Assembly: GCA_019828565.1 (NCBI GenBank)
Contig: JAHDYR010000005.1
Location: 1,315,937 to 1,379,936, forward strand
Direction of reading: 5' to 3'
Source of the DNA: Carpediemonas membranifera BICM
Taxonomy: Eukaryota; Protista; Fornicata
DNA length: 64,000 nucleotides
The notes beneath the pieces are model-generated. The model was not told the origin of the DNA. It was given only the letters and a program-made list of their open reading frames with translations, and searched no databases. Below are positions 56,339 to 64,000 of this stretch, piece after piece; position 1 is the first letter of the stretch, and the number at the start of each line of letters is the position of its first letter. Position numbers and translations under genes: made by a program.

Positions 56339-58057
56339 ATGCTAGACTTGTTCACTTGGCTGGAAGAAGCCACTGAGTTCGATAAGAAGGAGCTAATGAC
56401 CAAGATCAATGCAGCTGCAAGCGCTAAAGGCAAATGCGACGTCCTTCGCGCGCTTTTGCTGCCTAGGCGCGATTTACTCGCTACTGTGATCAAGGAACGT
56501 ACGTTACTGAGCGAAATTGTTTAAACAGGTGTTAATCTCAAGCGTATTGCCACGTTCTTCCGTCTCACGTGCCAGGAGACGGAAGATATGAAGAAGGACC
56601 TTAAGGCGCAGTTTATGGCGACGATGAAATTGAATGAGGGTGAAAGGGTCACAGGGGAACACAAGAAAACACTGAAGCAGGTCCTCGGCGGGGATACCTT
56701 CACGCACCTGTACGACGGCGAGGTGGAGAGCGCGCGTATTCGGGTGAAGAAGAGCATTCGTGAGGCTAGAAAGAAGACAAACGCTAGGCTTGAGTGTGAA
56801 CTCGCGAAGGAGGAGGACGAGGACATCAGGGATTGTACTCGGGTTCAGATGATGAAGCTGGCCGATGAGGAAGACCGAAAGGAGTTGGAAAAGGAGATGG
56901 AATACACGCGCGAGTCCAAGTATGACGTGGTATGGGAGCGAGTGTACGATGAGATCTGCGGTACTCGTCGTGTGCGGGCCCGCAAGGATAACGCCCCCTG
57001 TCCCGGCGAGGATCACGCCGACCACGTGCTTCAGCGCTATCTCTGGGCCGACCAGATCGATACTCAGGCGCTTACTGGCGAGAAGACGTTGACCACGAGA
57101 CTCCCTGCTGAAGCTCGAGTCGTACGTCGCGTGACAGCCAGTCTGATCTCTGCCCAGAAGACGGAGATCCAATCTCTCAAGGAGCAGGTCGAGCGGCTGA
57201 CGAAGCAGGTGACCGACGAGAGAAGAGACCACTTTCTTGAGTGCAGGCGTATCCATCATGAGCATGACGTTGGGTACCTTGCTTCCTGCGATGTTTCGTT
57301 CGCCGCCAGCCCCATGCCGCCACAGTCTGGCACGCTCTCCAGGACTTCCTGCCCCCGACGCACTACGGACGAGCCCGAGGCCTCCATGTCTGTGAAGCGC
57401 AAGGCCCTCTTCATCACGCCCGAGAAGGCCAGGCCTGAGGACTCAGAGGAGGAGACAGAGGAGGAGCAGGAGGAGGCGAAGGAGAAGAGGGGTGAGGCAG
57501 AAGAGGAGACGGTGAACACATGCGACGCCTGCATCCAGACTGAGCCGGAGACTCAGACTCGCATCGCCTCTGAGGCCGCGGTGCAGACGTGCATCAACGT
57601 GGAGGCTCTCACGACTAACTGTACCGCGATTCATGTCAAGAGTGACGGCAACTGCGTTGCATATTGTCTCCAAGCCATTGAGTTGGGTGGCAGAGTTGAT
57701 GGCGACTTCGAAAGGTGGCAGCGTGGCCTCTGCCAGTCAGTGAAGGCCAAGTACTGGTCTAAGAAGAATGTCACGGAGCGTAGCCTGACAGATCCGGACT
57801 CCGGCTACTATAACTCGAACGCCATCCGAGTCTGGGCGAGGAAGCAGAAGCGGAACATCCTTGTTGTCCAGTCATACGACGGATACAACGGCATGCAAGG
57901 CATCTCCGCCATCTTATACCTGTTTGATGGCACCACCATGCTTGCACCCGATGCAGACTTGTGGGGGTTGACAGATAATTTCGCTATTGTCATCGAAGGC
58001 GATCCGGCTCACGCCACGCTGTACCAGAAGAAGTGCGAGGTCGTTGAGATTGAATAA
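56339..58057 (+). CDS. Cargo gene A: coiled-coil protein with C-terminal OTU-like cysteine protease; intron 56499-56528
   Basis: A 30-nt GTACGT..AAACAG intron with an in-frame stop; IHVKSDGNCVAYC...GDPAHATLY. Confidence 0.78.
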
Positions 58058-59139
58058 AGATTTGGATATGCCTTTGTAGTGCGTTCGACTGTGTACGTTT
58101 AGGAGAAGGCTGAGACGGAGAAGAAGGAGGACAAGGAGGTGGAGACAGAGGAGAAGAAGGGTAAGTAGGCAGACGAGGAGGAGCCTGACTCGGAAGGATA
58201 AGGACAGCGGCATGTCTGTCTACCTCACAGATGAGGCATTTGAGTGGGTCAAGCGTCGCGATCCGACAGGCAAGAGAGCGAGACAGGAATAAATGAATGT
58301 ATATCTGACTGTCTGGGCATCAGCGCTGTCGTTCAGGCCAATCCACGTTTGTGGATCCGTGCAGTTTATGGTTTCTCGGCCTCCATGCTACAGCCCTGCC
58401 TCACCATCGGTATCGACGTGTACTGCGGCAAGAACAGCTTCACCCAGGGCGAGGATAACGTCCGCCAGGGTCAGCGCTCCGTCATCGGCATGTCCGCCTG
58501 GTACGTCGAAGAGCAGGGCCACCTTGAGACCGTCAACCGTCCCGTCGAGACCATCGCCCGCTTGGCGAGTAAGCGCTACACTACCGCTTCACCAGCCCTC
58601 CAAGGCAGCGTTCTGGACCTGCGTCATCTCCGGCGAACTGGAATGATCCAAAGTAACGGTGTAGTGTTCTTTCTGGCAGCTAATTGTGCATAAGCGAATG
58701 CTTTGTGGTCATTTATTGCTCTTTGGCGCAGCAACGCCCACAATTCTTTGGGATACTGTTCTTTTGGTGTTGATGTTGTTATTGATGTTGATTTCTCCGC
58801 TTTTCGCTGCTTTGCGTTGTAATTGCAATGTTTTCTAGTACGTTCCGCGCATCAGATCATTGCTACAACCTGAACTCGCCATTTTGGCGTTGCAATGAAA
58901 CTATCCCCTAAAGTGCACACTAAATGAAATCAGAACAATTCGGGGCAAGTGGCGGCATTCATGCAGCTGAATATGTGCTTAGCTTGCCTTACTAGTCACC
59001 CTGATATGGCTGATGTGACGGGCCTGTTGATGAAAGCCACATGGCCGAACACTTTAGGGCAGTACAGGACAAGACAGCAACGTAAATTTACGAGTGAGGA
59101 CGCTGGAGAGCAGAGCGCCTGGGAAACAGCGCTGGGGAC

Positions 59140-60172
59140 AGGAGCCCCGGAGGATAGAGCCCGGGAGAAGAGCCCGGGGGATAGAGCGGCGGGAGAGCGC
59201 CCGGGGGAGAAGAACTCGGGAGAGAGAAGCCCGGGAGAAGAGCCCTGGAGAGAGAAGCCCGGGAGAGCGCCCGGGGGAGAAGAGCCCTGGAGAGAGAAGC
59301 CCGGGAGAGCGCCCGGGAGAGAGGAGCCCGGGAGAGAGAAGCCCGGGAGAGCGCCCGGGAGAGAGGAGCCCGGGAGAGAGAAGCCTGGGAGAGCGCCCGG
59401 GGCAATTCAGGGCCCCGAAAACGCCAGCACCAGCGCAAGTAAGCTATTTTATTGCAAACCGCTCTACTTGCGCTGGTACTTCAGCGTTTTCGCGGCCCTT
59501 TGCCCATCATTCGTCGTCTGAATTTTTTCGTGCAGAATTCTGACGAGTGCCGCCTGGCAGAGCCTGAGCATCTGAGCTTAGTCCCTGTGGCACCACTCGT
59601 CTGGCCCAGCTCCCGGGCATGCTCACGAAAATACAGGTGCAGATTTGGGAGCAGAATGATCGACGAACCCCGAAAACGCCATAACCGGCACCAGTGAGCG
59701 CATCTTCGTTGATGAAGCTCATTGGTGTTGGTATTATGGTGTTTTCGGGGTTCTAATACTGTACTCCTCATCCCTGGCGCCTCATCCCTGGCGCCTCATC
59801 CCTGGCGCCTCATCCTGGCGCCTCATCCCTGGCGTCTCATCCCTGGCGCCTCATCTCTGGCGCCTCATCCTGGCGCCTCATCCCTGGCGCCTCATCTCTG
59901 GCGCCTCATCCTGGCGCCTCATCCCTGGCGTCTCATCCCTGGCGCCTCATCTCTGGCGCCTCATCCTGGCGCCTCATCCCTGGCGCCTCATCTCTGGCGC
60001 CTCATCCTGGCGCCTCATCCCTGGCGCCTCATCCCTGGCGCCTCATCCCTGGCGCCTCATCCCTGGCGCCCTCATCCTGGCGCCTCATCCCTGGCGCCTC
60101 ATCTCTGGCGCCTCATCCCTGGCGCCTCATCCCTGGCGCCTCATCCCTGGCGCCTCATCCCTGGCGCCGTCA
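59140..60172. repeat. Inverted, shorter copies of the two minisatellites (59140-59402; 59766-60172)
   Basis: Same repeat units, reverse-complemented. Confidence 0.93.
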
Positions 60173-61488
60173 TCACTGGCGCCCACACAGCACCCCTACG
60201 CCAGCGCCATCAATCCCCCAACGGCACAGTAAACAGAAAATGCTCTTTATGCTCTTACACGATGGCGTTTGGAGACGAAAACGAACACCCATGGTACCTG
60301 CAGGTAAGGTAAGGTAAGGTAATTTCCGGTGATCGCGTTCGTTGCAATTAATCATCATACCAGACAGCGCTCCTGGTATCAACAGGTGCATCATGCCCTG
60401 CGTATTCTAGCAGCACGCGGTCTCTCCGCATCACTACGTTGTTTGCTTGTCTGATATTAACAGCAGAATGACACCAGAAAATTTATCAAACATGATGTGG
60501 ACGGGGAGTGCTTCAATATTTGTCTCTTGATACGGTTCATGTTTGCTAGTTGCCTCACTGAGAACGTAGGATTGCCTTCATCAGGTATATGGACGCAACA
60601 TCAAGGTATTCCTTCGCGATATCGTCTGCAAAGAGGTAGTATTCCTCTATTTGAACCAAATCTTTGATTCTTATGCGCATCGTCTCTAATTCAGTGACGA
60701 ATTCGTGTCTTCTCATGTTTGTGTACTTTATGCACAAACATGAACCTCCATTGATTTGTGGCAGTGAAGCAATTCTGGCACTATTAAGCGCCACGCTACG
60801 AGTGAGTATGGCATGTTTCAACACCTAGCCGTCGTCACAGTTTAGTCAGTTTTGACTCGAACCGAACCAGTGCCTATAACACCATCAATACTGAAGTTCA
60901 GATCCTTTTGAAGTGATAAACTAGTAGAATAGAAGGATGAATAACACTGTGCTCAGTTTTAGCTCCGTTGGACATGAAACATATTTTTCTATCGATTTGC
61001 GTTTGCTTGCGAAAGTTTGTGCTATTTTCTCCAGATAAAGGCGTGCGCAAGGAAATCTGGAGGCTAGCGCTGTTATAATGAATGTTAAACTGTTACGTAA
61101 CGGTGTCGGTATCCAACGCGCATCCCCCGTTCTTGAGCAGAAGCAAACTTTTTGGCAGTATTTCCCGAAAACCTCAACTTTGAGCAAGAATAATTTTTGG
61201 GGGAGCTGTCACAGACTGAGAGAGAGTTGGAGCTGGCTTAAGCACACCTCGGGCAAGCCTCTGTTAGTTTTTGGTCGAGCTCTGCTGAAAAGTGAGTGAG
61301 TTCATGAGAGCAGTACGTATCAACGTTCCTTGGGCCCAGTATTAGTTGCATATTGCTTTACATCCCATGGCAAGGCGTCGCTAAATTGTTTGAACGCGTT
61401 TAGTTTTTCTTGCAAATGCCATTTTTTCTGGCATTCTGGAACCAATTCTGGAACCATTTGTTCCAGAAAAGGTACCAGAATTGACTGC

Positions 61489-62383
61489 ATGGTATCGCGT
61501 CGGGGACAGGAAGTCCTGGAGACTGTGCCAGACTGTGGCGGGATGGGGCTGCATGGGAGTGATGCATCCATGGACTTGTCAGCGTCATAGGCTGCCTCTC
61601 GCTCAGCCTGCTGCTGCAGAAGGCGTCGATGCAGCGTGATGACTTCCTCACTCTTTGCCGTCAAGCTCTTCCTCAACTGCTTGACTCTCTTCTTGTATCC
61701 TCGAACAATTTTGTGATAGGAATCGATGATAGCGCCAGTACCTGGGGGGAGCAGGGGCGTACCTTCTCCCGCGGGAGTCTCCAACCATTCCAGGGCGATG
61801 ATGTACTCTTCGAAGTACGAGCGGCAGGAGTGCTTCATGTAAGCAAGGTCTGCCTCCTTGCTGCGCACCCTGGCAACCATTGCTGTGACATGGTCGCGCA
61901 CAAGCGCGTTGGTGGATGTCGCGTTGCGCCACGCCCGAACCTTGACACTCAGCGCCTCTTTTTCGATACGCGCGCCCTCATTCTCCTTGGCATACTCAGC
62001 CCTCTTGGAGTTCTTGAAGGCTGTGACAGCGGCCGACTCAAACGCCTTCATCTCCTTCTCCGTGAAGGTTGCCTCGATGTTCTCGTTCGAGGTCTTATCC
62101 TGCACCTGCTGAGACAGCAATGCCTCGAGTTCTGCCTTCTTCTCGCCCTGAATCTCGAAATATGAGCACAGGTGGTTGAAGTTGATCCCTATATAAACAT
62201 TTGCACCAATTACGTACCGTTCTTGACGACTATATCGAAGATATCGTTCTCGTCGAGCAATTTGTCCCGAAGAACGGCACTCTTCGCCTTGTTTGTCTTC
62301 TTCTCCTTGAATTCGGTGATAACGGCCTCAATCACATCATCTGAGGTGCTCTCGATCCACTCGTGAAGGAATTCGAACGTCAT
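61489..62383 (-). pseudogene. 5' half of gene A copy, intron 62189-62217
   Basis: 29-nt phase-1 intron; ends PQSGTVSRTSCPRRDTM at the TIR. Confidence 0.8.
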
Positions 62384-63505
62384 TCTTCTCTTCGTTATAT
62401 CCCAATAATGGACATATAACAGAGATGAGAAAATTGCCAGTAACCGTAGGCAACGGGGTGTCGGAAACGTTATACCATACAAACGGGGGATATAATCGCT
62501 CCGAAAACACCCATTATGTGGACTGAATGGCGATATAACGTATGAGGAGTGATCCGGCGAGCTTTCGGGCGGTGCAGGCTAAGACACACCAAGTCTGTGG
62601 TGCTATAACGTACCTCGGGACGCACTGTGGAGGCCCCTAGAGTACTCGGTCATGGCATGTCAGACCAAGGGTCCCTCAAATCTGGCCCCATTCAGGATGC
62701 TCCCCCTAAATGTTCCGTTGCAAGCGTCTGACGGGCGTTCTCTGGATACCGACCAAGATGGAGGTCACGTGGATCAACGGACGAGTATTGCGGTATTCTG
62801 GCCATGCCTGGTACTCTCAAATCATCTATACTGCTCTGTGGTTCATTTATAGTTCATATCGTATGGTCCTGGTGGACTTATAGTTGTTGATGTTGTTTAG
62901 GGATAATTGTTGCTTTAATGATGCTCTGCGCCCGCATACTGATGTTTCTTAGTGTTGTACACATGCCTACTACGTTAAAGCCGCCAGTATTCTTTCTATT
63001 CTTAAGTTCGCCATTTCAGTCTCGTTGCGAGCATAAAGTGCACATTGTGAAAGGAAAGTGGGTGGTTATCTAATGGATACAGGGCAGGAAAAGGTACACG
63101 AATGCCGTCCTGAGGTTTGGCATGGGATACTGATCTCATACGTCAAAAATGGGCGGTGGTATTCGAATTTCAGAATTTCGACATGTCCGAATTCCGAGGC
63201 AAGCGGGTAGGGTTTACAAAACCTGGCCTGGGTCCCTACTGGAGCTAATAGATAACAGTATCACCGTGTATTCGGTTTTCAGAAATATAACTTGTGTTGG
63301 TATTGCAATTTCAGAATTACTTCCAGTACCGGAGATTGTCTTAGAATTTGGATGTTCATGACTACTTTAAAATTTTAAAAAGTTCCCATGAACCCACTCC
63401 AGCTCAGGATTGCGGATCTGAGCCAAGTTTAGGTCGAATCCAAGTATTTGATAATTTTGTATGTACGAAATTCTGAAATTGCAATACCAACAGAAAACTC
63501 GTGTT

Positions 63506-64000
63506 ATGGAGGTTCTAGCTGCAAATAACGACGATATTGTTAAGCGCTGGTCTGATAGAGTTTCAGTGAAGACGCGTAGTGTGTACAAGAAGCACCTGGA
63601 GGACGTTTTGGCCAGCATTTGCCAGGAAACAGGCGCTGAAATGCAGAAGGGCATCGAGATTGTCCGAAGCGACAACGTTACGACTTATTTGGCGCATTAT
63701 TTCGCTACAAAGACGCCTGCTATGGCTAAGAGGATCGTTTCGGCTGTTCAGTCTTTCCGGAACTTCGACTTGCCACACCCCGCGAAGCCGTTGTCCTGGA
63801 AAGAGGAGGAAGAGGTGTCGTCTGCATCAGTTGAGAGTCTCCCCAGCCCGTATGGCGCCATTGCCATTCTGCTCAACCAGACGGGCTGGGAGTATTCGTA
63901 TCTCCAAGGTAATCTCCCCGATGCGATAGACCTTACCTCGTGCCCGAGCTGGATGGGCTTTGGCACGCTCAAATCGGGATTCCCGCAGGCCAGTGCTGTA
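63506..64000 (+). CDS. Cargo gene B copy, partial
   Basis: Near-identical to 1682-2176. Confidence 0.6.
   Translation, partial: MEVLAANNDDIVKRWSDRVSVKTRSVYKKHLEDVLASICQETGAEMQKGIEIVRSDNVTTYLAHYFATKTPAMAKRIVSAVQSFRNFDLPHPAKPLSWKEEEEVSSASVESLPSPYGAIAILLNQTGWEYSYLQGNLPDAIDLTSCPSWMGFGTLKSGFPQASAV

Larger units (their letters stand above)
51968..61488. mobile_element. 9.5-kb cargo TIR DNA transposon, ~181-bp TIRs, no transposase
   Basis: 51968-52148 is inverted at 61308-61488; CATG at both junctions; 59067-61488 is an inverted copy of 33180-36486. Confidence 0.9.
43724..64000 (+). mobile_element. Large cargo DNA transposon (CATG-targeting family), one end only; continues beyond window end
   Basis: The CAT|GCTGTC terminus lies at the E5 truncation point; the transposase starts 1.2 kb inside; cargo modules are shared with the TIR elements. 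Confidence 0.7.

Noticed and set aside
43724-64000. Endogenous virus or Polinton
   Set aside because: No DNA polymerase, capsid or packaging ATPase motifs were recognised in the window.

Overview
Eukaryotic, protist-like DNA, judged from 28-30 nt GT-AG introns and a CCA-less tRNA with a Pol III T-run. The window is almost entirely nested mobile elements. (1) A head-to-tail, same-strand array of five divergent DIRS/PAT-type tyrosine-recombinase (YR) retrotransposons (~14.0-43.7 kb) surrounds a tRNA-Ile(GAU) gene. (2) Two chromodomain Ty3/Gypsy elements are present, one with 93-bp LTRs. (3) The main result is an apparently unnamed family of cargo-carrying DNA transposons. Eight element ends share a 5'-RCWGWY terminus and all map to CATG target sites, apparently duplicating the central AT. 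Three members are complete (3.8, 4.2, 9.5 kb), and removing them restores the interrupted genes. Two large members run off the window edges, and each encodes a RAG1/Transib-like DDE transposase lacking the usual zinc ligands. Cargo includes a PHD-finger protein, a protein kinase, OTU-protease genes, a degenerate YR-fold protein and a Piwi/Argonaute-like fragment. Most frameshifts fall in homopolymer runs and may be sequencing errors. All homology calls come from motifs read by eye, not database searches.
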